64,000 nucleotides of DNA from Thermodesulfobacteriota bacterium (GTDB lineage: Bacteria; Desulfobacterota; GWC2-55-46; JADFVP01). Positions within the stretch are counted from its first letter, which is position 1. Each line of letters starts with the position of its first letter. A program made the translations under genes and the position numbers. A model generated the notes under the pieces. That model saw only the letters and a list, made by a program, of their open reading frames with translations. It had not been told where the DNA came from and ran no database searches. Location: NCBI GenBank assembly GCA_046754225.1, contig JBHHVI010000002.1:7810-71809 (forward strand). Reading direction: 5' to 3'. Positions 23,726 to 31,643 of the stretch are shown piece by piece.

Positions 23726-24406
23726 TTAAGCTTGAAGCGGTTTTTTTCCCCTCGCCGGCGCCGCGTCGTTTAAGACCCCTCTAAAACTGAACCTGTGCAC
23801 TGGAGAGGGGCCGACGCGCCTCAGTGCCTCAAGGTGTTCCCGTGTGCCGTAACCCTTGTTCTTATAAAAATTATAGGCGGGAAAAATCCTGTCGTAGGCG
23901 AGCATAATCCTGTCCCTGAAGGTCTTGGCTATTATCGAGGCCGCCGCTATGGAGACGCTGAGCGTATCCCCGCCTGTTACAGGCCTCTGTGGTATGGGGG
24001 AGTCGACCCTGTGGGGGCCGTCTATAAGGAGAAATTGAGGCGCGGCTGCGATAGGGACGGAGGGGGGCCTGGAAAGACCGTTTACAGGCAACGGTGAAAG
24101 GTTTTTAACAGCCCTTTCCATGGCCAGAAGCGACGCTCTATGAATGTTGATACGGTCTATCTCGGCCTGCCATACAACGCCCACTCCGACTGACAGGGCG
24201 GCCTGGAAGATTTCAAGGGCCAGCGCCTCGCGCCTTTTCGGGCTGAGGGTCTTTGAGTCGCGTATACCGGCCTCCAGGGGCCAGGGCCGGGGAAATATTA
24301 CAGCGGCGGCGGCCACTGGGCCCGCGAGGGGGCCTCTGCCGGCCTCATCAACTCCGGCGACAAGCTCGAAGCCGCTGTTAAAAAGATCTCTTTCCAGTGA
24401 ATCCAT
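23726..24406 (-). CDS. rnhB: Ribonuclease HII
   Basis: 226-aa ORF with the GVDEAGRGPLAGPV active-site motif. Confidence 0.93.
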   Translation of the reverse strand: MDSLERDLFNSGFELVAGVDEAGRGPLAGPVAAAAVIFPRPWPLEAGIRDSKTLSPKRREALALEIFQAALSVGVGVVWQAEIDRINIHRASLLAMERAVKNLSPLPVNGLSRPPSVPIAAAPQFLLIDGPHRVDSPIPQRPVTGGDTLSVSIAAASIIAKTFRDRIMLAYDRIFPAYNFYKNKGYGTREHLEALRRVGPSPVHRFSFRGVLNDAAPARGKKPLQA

Positions 24407-24428
24407 CGGTAATGGACTAAATAAAAGG

Positions 24429-24770
24429 CTATCTCTTCTCTTTTATCCTTGCCGCCTTGCCCTTAAGGTCTCTGAGGTAATAGAGCCTGGCCCTTCTCAC
24501 CTTGCCCCTTGTGAGGACCTTGATGGAGTTTATGGACGGTGAGTTAAGGGGGAAGATCCTTTCAACCCCTATGCCGTAGGAGACCTTCCGCACGGTAAAG
24601 GTGGTCTTTATGCCCGAGCCCCGTTTTTTTATTACAACGCCCTCAAAAAGCTGGAGCCTTTCTTTTTCGCCTTCCTTGATCCTGACCTTGATCCTGACAG
24701 TGTCGCCGGGACCAAACTCGGGCAGGTCTGTCCTTAAAAAACTCCTCTCAACATCCTGAATCGCGCTCAT
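24429..24770 (-). CDS. rplS: 50S ribosomal protein L19
   Basis: 113-aa ORF with [29 protein letters not shown]. Confidence 0.97.
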   Translation of the reverse strand: MSAIQDVERSFLRTDLPEFGPGDTVRIKVRIKEGEKERLQLFEGVVIKKRGSGIKTTFTVRKVSYGIGVERIFPLNSPSINSIKVLTRGKVRRARLYYLRDLKGKAARIKEKR

Positions 24771-24811
24771 TTCTACCTCCAGATATTAACTTACCGTTAG
24801 TTATTTTTTTA

Positions 24812-25510
24812 TTAATCTGACTTTAAGGTCCCTTTTCTTATAAGCTCCGGTCTCCTCTCGGCTGTTCTTTCGAGCATCGCCTCTTCTCGAAAGCGCCTGA
24901 CAGAGCCGTGGTCGCCTGAAAGGAGAACGTCGGGCACCTTCATGCCCCTCCACTCGGCGGGCCTTGTGTACTGCGGATACTCAAGAAGCCCCCTGGAAAA
25001 AGACTCCTCTATCGTGGAAGAGTCGCCACCGAGGACCCCGGGTATGAGCCTTCCGATGGAATCTATTACAATGAGGGCCGCCGCCTCTCCGCCCGTAAGG
25101 ATATAATCACCGGCTGACACCTCCATATCCACGAAACTTCTTATCCTTTCATCAACCCCTTCGTACCTGCCGCAAACAAAGAGAATGCTTTGAAGCCCTG
25201 AAAGCTCTTTGGCGAGGGACTGGTTAAAAGGCCTTCCCTGCGGGGTGAGGAGGACAACCTTATCATCCGCTCCTCCTCCTGAGATTGATTCTATTGCCCT
25301 GACAACGGGGTCCACCTTCATGACCATGCCGCTTCCGCCGCCGTAGGGGCTGTCATCAGTGGTCCTGTGGCGGTCCGTCGTAAATTCTCTCAGGTCATGG
25401 GTGCGGACATCGAGAAGCCCCTTTTTTATGCCCCTCCCGATTACACCGCAACTAAGCGGTGAGGAGAAAAAATCGGGAAATATTGTCAGCACATCGAGCC
25501 GCATCATCAA
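24812..25510 (-). CDS. trmD: tRNA (guanine37-N1)-methyltransferase
   Basis: 232-aa ORF with DVLTIFPDFF, DDSPYGGGSGMV and CGRYEGVDER. Confidence 0.96.
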   Translation of the reverse strand: MMMRLDVLTIFPDFFSSPLSCGVIGRGIKKGLLDVRTHDLREFTTDRHRTTDDSPYGGGSGMVMKVDPVVRAIESISGGGADDKVVLLTPQGRPFNQSLAKELSGLQSILFVCGRYEGVDERIRSFVDMEVSAGDYILTGGEAAALIVIDSIGRLIPGVLGGDSSTIEESFSRGLLEYPQYTRPAEWRGMKVPDVLLSGDHGSVRRFREEAMLERTAERRPELIRKGTLKSD

Positions 25511-25525
25511 TAATAAAAAATTTTT

Positions 25526-26032
25526 TTATTCAGGGAGAAGCCCTTCGAGGAGGTGCACGGTAATCCTGTTCCCCTCAAGGTCTACTTCCTTTATTGTCTC
25601 ATCGGTAACGGGTATGAGTATTTCCCCGTCCGGGCCTTCAACGGTAATCACGTCACTGGCGCCGGTGGGGATTATTTCCGTTACTGTGCCCAGGGGTTTT
25701 CCCTCGTCGGTAATGACCCTAAGCCCCACAAGGTCGGAATGATAATATTCCCCTTCAGGGAGCCGGGGTACCTCGGCTCCGGGGACCCTTACATCGCGGG
25801 CCACGAGCTCCTTTGAAGAGTCTCTGGAGGAATACCCCTTGAAGAGGATCAAAAAGCCGGCTTTATGCCTCCTCGTGCTTTCTATTTCGAGCGCCCTCTG
25901 GGCGCCCTTTTCCTCAAGAAAAACCGTCTTCCATGAAAAGGCTTTGATTTCACCATAGGGAATGAATTTAACCTCTCCCCTTACGCCGTGAAGCCCGGTT
26001 ATCCTCCCTATTACCGTATATTCCTTACTCAA
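25526..26032 (-). CDS. rimM: 16S rRNA processing protein RimM
   Basis: 168-aa ORF with [15 protein letters not shown], a PRC barrel at the C-terminus, and the conserved position in the operon. Confidence 0.93.
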   Translation of the reverse strand: MSKEYTVIGRITGLHGVRGEVKFIPYGEIKAFSWKTVFLEEKGAQRALEIESTRRHKAGFLILFKGYSSRDSSKELVARDVRVPGAEVPRLPEGEYYHSDLVGLRVITDEGKPLGTVTEIIPTGASDVITVEGPDGEILIPVTDETIKEVDLEGNRITVHLLEGLLPE

Positions 26033-26255
26033 TTATCTCAAGAACGGAACGCTTTTTGATCTTCGTAGAGGCGGCTGTGAGTATGGTCCTTATCGCCTTC
26101 GCAGTCCTGCCCTGCTTGCCTATTACCTTGCCGAGGTCTTCCTTGGCCACGGAAAGTTCAATGACCGAGGTATTCTCGCCTTCAACTTCCGTCACCCTGA
26201 CCTGGTCCGGACTATCTACGAGCGCTTTTGCGATGTACTCAATGAGCTCTTTCAT
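26025..26255 (-). CDS. KH-domain RNA-binding protein (YlqC/UPF0109 family)
   Basis: 76-aa ORF with [16 protein letters not shown] (a GxxG KH motif), located between rpsP and rimM. Confidence 0.9.
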   Translation of the reverse strand: MKELIEYIAKALVDSPDQVRVTEVEGENTSVIELSVAKEDLGKVIGKQGRTAKAIRTILTAASTKIKKRSVLEIIE

Positions 26256-26285
26256 TGTGTCACCTCCGGGATCTGCGAGCGTGAG

Positions 26286-26543
26286 TTAGGCTGCCTCTTC
26301 TTTTGCTGCCCCAACTTTCTTCAGGAGCTGTTTTACAGTGCCGCTCGGCACCGCGCCGTTGGAGATCCAGTGGTTGACCCGCTCCGGCTTTAATTCTATC
26401 TTTGGCGGGTCTGTTAACGGGTTGTAAGTCCCCACTACCTCGATAAACCTGCCGTCCCTCGGCGACGACTTATCAGTCACCACTATACGGTAAAAGGGTT
26501 TTTTCTTTGATCCATGCCTTTGTAGCCTTATCTTGACCGCCAT
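26286..26543 (-). CDS. rpsP: 30S ribosomal protein S16
   Basis: 85-aa ORF beginning [22 protein letters not shown]. Confidence 0.97.
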   Translation of the reverse strand: MAVKIRLQRHGSKKKPFYRIVVTDKSSPRDGRFIEVVGTYNPLTDPPKIELKPERVNHWISNGAVPSGTVKQLLKKVGAAKEEAA

Positions 26544-26597
26544 TTAATACATTGCCTCCGTTCTGGTTTTGATTTGTAGTGTATAAAATTCAGCCGC

Positions 26598-27929
26598 TTA
26601 CATCATATTCTGGAACATCCCCTTCACACCCTTCATCCCCGACTTCTTCATCTTTTTCATCATCTTGCGCATCTGCTGGTACTGTTTCATGAACTTATTT
26701 ATATCCTGCACCCTTGTGCCGCTGCCCATGGCGATCCTCCGCCTCCTGTTCGCGTTAAGGCAAGCCGGGTCCGTGCGCTCCGCCTTTGTCATGGAATTGA
26801 TTATAGCCTCAATCTTTATCAGCTCCTTTTCATCAACATTTATGTTCTTGGACTGCTTCATGGCGCTGAAGCCGGGGACCATGGAGAGGATGCTCTCAAG
26901 GGAGCCCATCTTCTTTATCCTTACGAGCTGGTCTTTAAAGTCCTCGAGGGTGAAGCTGTCCTTTTTGAACTTCTTCGAAATATCAACGGCCTTCTTCTCG
27001 TCGAAGACGGTCTGCGCCTTCTCGACAAGAGTGAGTATGTCCCCCATGTCGAGGATCCTCCCGGCCACCCTCTCTGGATGAAAGGCCTCGATGCAATCGA
27101 GCTTCTCCCCCGTGCCGATAAACTTTATAGGCCTTCCCGTAATCATTCGCATGGAGAGGGCCGCCCCGCCTCTGGCGTCACCGTCGAACTTCGTGAGCAC
27201 AACTCCGGTTATGTCGATGGCCTCATTGAAACCTTTCGCCGTATTAACGGCGTCCTGACCGGTCATGGAATCGGCGACAAAGAGTATTTCCGACGGTTTC
27301 AATATGGCCTTAAGGTCCTTAAGCTCCCCCATGAGGGTATCATCGATGTGGAGCCTTCCGGCGGTGTCGACTATGAGGGTGTCATAACCCTTGATACCGG
27401 CGATCCTCTGCGCTTCAACGCAAATATCGGCGGGGGAATTGAAGTCCGCACCGTCAAAACAGTCGACATTAGCGTCTGAGGCGAGCCGCTTAAGCTGCTC
27501 CACGGCGGCGAGCCTGAAGAGGTCGGCGGGAACGATGTAAGGCGTGCGCCCCTCTTTTTTCAGCATCTTTGCGAGCTTCGCCGCGGTAGTGGTCTTGCCT
27601 GAGCCCTGCAGGCCCACGAGCATGATGGACGCCGGTCTGCCCTTGAGCTCCAACCCGGCGTCGGTGCCGCCGAGCAGCCCCGCGAGTTCCTCGTGGACAA
27701 TCTTTGTAAACTGCTGGCCCGGGGTAATGCTCTCGAGGACTTCCCTGCCGAGGGCCTTTTCCTTCAGTGAGGCGATGAAGTCCTTTACGACCTTGAAGTT
27801 CACATCGGCCTCAAGGAGTGCGAGCCTTACCTCCTTCAGCGTATCCTGAACATTGGCCTCGGAGAGGGTCCCCTGCCCCCTTACGTCCCTGAGGACTTTT
27901 CTGAATTTACCGGAAAGAGATTCAAGCAT
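26598..27929 (-). CDS. ffh: Signal recognition particle protein Ffh
   Basis: 443-aa ORF with an NG domain (GLQGSGKTTT, DTAGR, TKFDG) and a Met-rich M domain. Confidence 0.97.
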   Translation of the reverse strand: MLESLSGKFRKVLRDVRGQGTLSEANVQDTLKEVRLALLEADVNFKVVKDFIASLKEKALGREVLESITPGQQFTKIVHEELAGLLGGTDAGLELKGRPASIMLVGLQGSGKTTTAAKLAKMLKKEGRTPYIVPADLFRLAAVEQLKRLASDANVDCFDGADFNSPADICVEAQRIAGIKGYDTLIVDTAGRLHIDDTLMGELKDLKAILKPSEILFVADSMTGQDAVNTAKGFNEAIDITGVVLTKFDGDARGGAALSMRMITGRPIKFIGTGEKLDCIEAFHPERVAGRILDMGDILTLVEKAQTVFDEKKAVDISKKFKKDSFTLEDFKDQLVRIKKMGSLESILSMVPGFSAMKQSKNINVDEKELIKIEAIINSMTKAERTDPACLNANRRRRIAMGSGTRVQDINKFMKQYQQMRKMMKKMKKSGMKGVKGMFQNMM

Positions 27930-28060
27930 TTCTAAAAAACCTTTTCACGTTCCAAGGGCGAATGTATATGACAGATTAAAAACCTTTAAGGGCATATTAA
28001 TAATTTCTGTAATAAAATATAATATAAAGAAAAGGACTGTAATGTCAAGGTGTTTGTGGG

Positions 28061-28135
28061 CTATGGCCGGGCTGGCCAGGCCCGGTCTGCCGCCCGGGGG
28101 GGCGCCTTCGCCCCTTTCACGGAGAGAGGGCGGGC
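28061..28135. other. GC-rich cluster of 2-3 stem-loops embedded in an AT-rich divergent intergenic region
   Basis: GGCCGGGC-TGGCCAG-GCCCGGTC (28065-28087) forms an 8-bp stem. CGCCC-GGG-GGGCG and CGCCCCT...AGGGCG follow. The flanking DNA is AT-rich. Confidence 0.4.
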
Positions 28136-28144
28136 AAAAAGCCT

Positions 28145-28174
28145 TTGACACAACGCATGTCTTTTTGTTACTTT
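28145..28174 (+). promoter_or_regulatory. sigma-70-like promoter close to the ATG at 28183
   Basis: TTGACA-18 nt-TACTTT, then 8 nt, then ATG. No Shine-Dalgarno sequence is present. Confidence 0.35.
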
Positions 28175-28182
28175 ATAACTAC

Positions 28183-28443
28183 ATGAATATTCAATACACG
28201 CTTATGATTTTAGTCCTGCTCAGCGCTTTCGCCCTTGTCTTGAACCTGCCTTTCGGCTACATGAGGGGAGGCACAAGGAAGTTCTCTTTCCTGTGGTTCC
28301 TCTATATACACCTCCCCATACCCTTTGTCATTGCCATGAGGCTTGTCGCCGGTTTCAATTACAAGGTAATTCCTCTTGTACTCGCCGCCTCGGTCATAGG
28401 CCAGGTTATAGGAGCGAGAATTTATAATTTCAGGATGTTATGA
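28183..28443 (+). CDS. Small integral membrane protein (3 predicted TM), hypothetical
   Basis: The ORF 27853..28443 was trimmed to the ATG at 28183 (MNIQYTLMILVLLSAFALVL...). The longer version overlaps ffh and the GC-rich hairpin region. An alternative in-frame ATG near 28043 cannot be excluded. Confidence 0.55.
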   Translation: MNIQYTLMILVLLSAFALVLNLPFGYMRGGTRKFSFLWFLYIHLPIPFVIAMRLVAGFNYKVIPLVLAASVIGQVIGARIYNFRML

Positions 28444-28985
28444 AAGAGCCGGGTCCGCCTGTCCGGAAAACCCCATTCAGAAAAAGTCCGTCCCGAAAAA
28501 GACGTGTAGCCCGGTCAAGCAAAAACCCTTCATCAAATAAAAACCCGGCAACGGTCGGCGGCCTTATGGCCGGCTCTTTTCCCAACCTCGCCATCGCTTC
28601 AAAATTAAAGGAATACAGGCTTAAAAAACTCTGGCCCGTGGTTGTGGGCGAAGGGATATCAAAAAGGGCAGAGCCGCTCCGCCTTATTGGAGATACCCTG
28701 TACTGCGCCGTCTCCTCTTCGGCGTGGATGACGGAACTGAGCTATCAAAAACCGGTCCTCATCGAAAAATTGAATGAAGCCGCCGGGCAAAAGGGTCTTC
28801 GGGAGATAATCTTTAAACCCGGGGTAGTTCCCTCGGAACCCGCCGTAAAAAAACCCTCCCCATACAAAAAAAGGGCCGTAAGTAAAGAAGAAAAAAAGTT
28901 TATTGAGAAGACCGTCTCCGGCATAAAAGACAGCACCTTAAAGGCCCTCTTAAGGAGGGTGATGGAGAAGGGACATAGCGGTTAA
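28440..28985 (+). CDS. DUF721/DciA-like protein with basic N-terminal extension
   Basis: 181-aa ORF. The core LKKLWPVVVGEGISKRAEPLRLIGDTLYCAVSSSAWMTELSYQKPVLIEKLN is the DUF721 pattern. The first 40 or so aa are Lys/Arg/Ser/Pro-rich. The start overlaps the upstream stop (ATGA). Confidence 0.75.
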   Translation: MKEPGPPVRKTPFRKSPSRKRRVARSSKNPSSNKNPATVGGLMAGSFPNLAIASKLKEYRLKKLWPVVVGEGISKRAEPLRLIGDTLYCAVSSSAWMTELSYQKPVLIEKLNEAAGQKGLREIIFKPGVVPSEPAVKKPSPYKKRAVSKEEKKFIEKTVSGIKDSTLKALLRRVMEKGHSG

Positions 28986-29018
28986 AAAGACGGTATTCTT
29001 CTTATTATGGCAAAAAAA

Positions 29019-29690
29019 TCACAAAAATACAGGCTCTTCCACCCTTAGCGGGCCGCTTTTTCTCGCCTCTACGAGAAATATCTTGCACTCCTTCTTTCTT
29101 CCACTATGGACGAATTTTATCCTTACGGGCCTGAGCCCCGCCCTTTCAAGCTCGATTATCAGCTCGGTGAGCCTCCTTACCGGAAAGACCATGTAAAGGC
29201 CGCCACTGCTACCCGCGAGGTGGCGTGAAACCGAGAGAATTTCGGCCAATCCCCCATAAATCTCAGTCCTCGCCGCCGCCCTTTCCTCCTCGGGGCTCAC
29301 CCTCGCCGCGCCGGCCCTCAAATAGGGGGGGTTACATACCACATGGGTGTAAGAGCCCTCTTCATATTCTTGAGGCAGTCCTCTATAATCCATTTGAAGG
29401 ATTTTTATCCTCGAAGAGAGGCCGTTACGCCTGACGTTGGCCTCGGCCTCTTTAAAAGGCCCGCTCATAATTTCCACTCCCACAATATCCTTTACGGCGC
29501 TTCCGGCCGCGAGCATCAAGGGTATGGCCCCGGAACCGGTCCCCAGGTCCATAACCGCCCCCCTCTCGTCAGAAAGTCCCTGGAGCACGAAATCGACGAG
29601 TAGAAGGGTGTCGGTGGTTATAGGCTGGCCCGGTCCGTATAAAAAAGAATAGGGGCCGATATTTTCAAGAGCAGGGCGGTTCGCTGTCAC
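29019..29690 (-). CDS. SAM-dependent N6-adenine methyltransferase, TrmN6/YfiC-like
   Basis: 223-aa ORF with the SAM motif DLGTGSGAIPL and the catalytic NPPY (VVCNPPYL). Confidence 0.8.
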   Translation of the reverse strand: MTANRPALENIGPYSFLYGPGQPITTDTLLLVDFVLQGLSDERGAVMDLGTGSGAIPLMLAAGSAVKDIVGVEIMSGPFKEAEANVRRNGLSSRIKILQMDYRGLPQEYEEGSYTHVVCNPPYLRAGAARVSPEEERAAARTEIYGGLAEILSVSRHLAGSSGGLYMVFPVRRLTELIIELERAGLRPVRIKFVHSGRKKECKIFLVEARKSGPLRVEEPVFL

Positions 29691-29729
29691 GGAATATCCT
29701 TTGCGTGAAGGGGTTCCAGGAGGAAAAGA

Positions 29730-31115
29730 TCAGGCGCCGGCAGAGGCCGTAACAGGAGGCTCACTATCCTCTGAAAGCAGGTTAAGAACGAGGCCTGAAA
29801 GGAGTTTTGGATGAAAGTAAGTGGATTTCTGGGGCATTACAAAACCGGCCTCGGCAATGGCCTTGACCTGTGAAATCCGTGTCGCGTTAAGGAGAAAGAC
29901 AACCTGGTTGGATTCATCCTCCATGAGGTCGAAGGCGTCTTTAAAGCTCTTTACATAATGGAGGTTCTCCTGCTTTTCCTGCGCGCCCCTCGATATCCCG
30001 AGGATATTTGTGAGTATGAGTTCGTGCAGTATGGTCACGTCGAGGGTTTTATACACATCCGGTATGCCCTCGGGGAAAATCCCCTCAAGGACGTCCTTGG
30101 ATTTTAGTGTTATAAGATAATAAAGGCTCCTTCCGGCTATATGAAGACCGAAGGCGGTTTTGGTTTTTCCCTTCTCCTCAAGCATGGAAAGAAAGCGGCG
30201 CTTTACTTCATCCATGTTATCATCTTTATATTGAAACTCCTCGATATTAAAATATTTTTCAAGGCTTGAGATAAAATCATCGCCGTTAAAATCCCTTACG
30301 CTGTGCACGACCCTGTGAGTGGGCCAGACGGTCATCCCCTCGTCATCCATATTGGAAAAGTACATCATCACGTAATCATAGGGGGCGTCCTCACCCGATT
30401 CCAGAGACTGCGGGTTATTTTCCCTCATTAGGTTTCTGTAATTAATGGCCGTCTCGTATCGGTGGTGCCCGTCGGCAATAAAGAGGGTTTTTTCCCGCAT
30501 CACCGCGCTAACTGCTTCAATAACCTCAGGGTCGTCTATCCTGTAGACTATATTTTCCACTCCGTCGTCACCGGAAACGTCTATTGTGGGCTCAAGGTTC
30601 GCCGCGGCGTTGTCCAAGATATTATTTATCGTCAGCCTGGGCTCTGAATAGAGGGAGAAGATGCAGGAAAAATTGGCCTTACAGGCCTCAATGAGCTTGA
30701 GCCTGTCTGCCTTGGGCCCCGAGAGCGTCCTTTCATGGGCGTGAATCTTACCCCTGCCGAACTCCTCTATCCTTGAAAGGGCTATAAAACCCTTCCGAGT
30801 CGGCCTTGACCCGTCAGGGAGCGTGTACTTCTGCACATAGTAGTATATGGACGGCCTGGAGTCCCTCCTCAAGACGCCCTCGTCGAGCCACTTTTTAAAC
30901 TCCCCCGCCGCCCGTGAGTACCTGTCGTTTCCCGGGGCGTCTGCGCCATCGGTCTTGCCCAGTATGAGACGCACAATGTTATTGGCGTGCCTTGAGTATA
31001 ATTTATCCTGAAAGTCAGGAGAGATAACGTCATAGGGAGGAGCCATTACACCCGATAGGTCGCCCACCTTTTTAGAGTCGTAAACAAGAGCCCTGAAGGG
31101 CTTTATCTCAGCCAT
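29730..31115 (-). CDS. DUF1015-domain protein
   Basis: 461-aa ORF. The N-terminus IKPFRALVYD...MAPPYDVIS and the internal FIADGHHRYETA are characteristic of the DUF1015 family. Confidence 0.8.
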   Translation of the reverse strand: MAEIKPFRALVYDSKKVGDLSGVMAPPYDVISPDFQDKLYSRHANNIVRLILGKTDGADAPGNDRYSRAAGEFKKWLDEGVLRRDSRPSIYYYVQKYTLPDGSRPTRKGFIALSRIEEFGRGKIHAHERTLSGPKADRLKLIEACKANFSCIFSLYSEPRLTINNILDNAAANLEPTIDVSGDDGVENIVYRIDDPEVIEAVSAVMREKTLFIADGHHRYETAINYRNLMRENNPQSLESGEDAPYDYVMMYFSNMDDEGMTVWPTHRVVHSVRDFNGDDFISSLEKYFNIEEFQYKDDNMDEVKRRFLSMLEEKGKTKTAFGLHIAGRSLYYLITLKSKDVLEGIFPEGIPDVYKTLDVTILHELILTNILGISRGAQEKQENLHYVKSFKDAFDLMEDESNQVVFLLNATRISQVKAIAEAGFVMPQKSTYFHPKLLSGLVLNLLSEDSEPPVTASAGA

Positions 31116-31291
31116 GATAAGTTTTTATTCCTTTTATATTTTTATAACTTATAACTTACTATATTAAAAAATAGTATGTCAACATCGGCGGCGATTTTTT
31201 TTCAGCCGTATTTATCCGGCGCTACGAGATCTTCGGCCTCGCGCAATTGCACAGGTTGCATCGTCGGGTACAGAAAAGGGAAAAGTTTCAA

Positions 31292-31621
31292 TCAAAGAGT
31301 CACGGCCTTCAGGGCCTTTTCAGCCCATTTTGTAAGCTCTTTTGAAGACTCGAAGACCTCCACGGGGACCTCGTAGTAGTTCTTAAGCGTCTGTTTTTCA
31401 TTTGGTTTAAAGGGCTTTGAACCCAATTCAAGATAGGCGCCACGGCTCATTTCAGAGGTCTTGAAGTAGAGCCTGCCTTTGAATATAATCCCGAAAAAGA
31501 CCTCCTCTGAATATAGGCCCCGGCCGCCGAACATGGCCCTTGACGTGAGGGCCGGCATGGCCGCCAACTGGTCCATTATGAAATCCGAGAAGGAGTCGAT
31601 TTTTTCCTTCTTTTTTACCAT
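31292..31621 (-). CDS. TfoX N-terminal-domain protein
   Basis: The ORF 31292..31687 was trimmed to the ATG at 31621 to avoid overlap with recG. It contains RAMFGGRGLYSEEVFFGIIFKGRLYFK, the TfoX_N pattern. Confidence 0.7.
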   Translation of the reverse strand: MVKKKEKIDSFSDFIMDQLAAMPALTSRAMFGGRGLYSEEVFFGIIFKGRLYFKTSEMSRGAYLELGSKPFKPNEKQTLKNYYEVPVEVFESSKELTKWAEKALKAVTL

Positions 31622-31643
31622 TTGTAACCCTACCGCCCGCCTC

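Noticed and set aside
27853-28182. The full 196-aa ORF 27853-28443 as a real protein.
   Set aside because: Its first 25 or so codons overlap the ffh start on the opposite strand. The next segment runs through AT-rich promoter DNA and the GC-rich hairpin cluster, giving low-complexity sequence. Only the C-terminal 86 aa look like a membrane protein, and a -35/-10 pair sits just upstream of the ATG at 28183.
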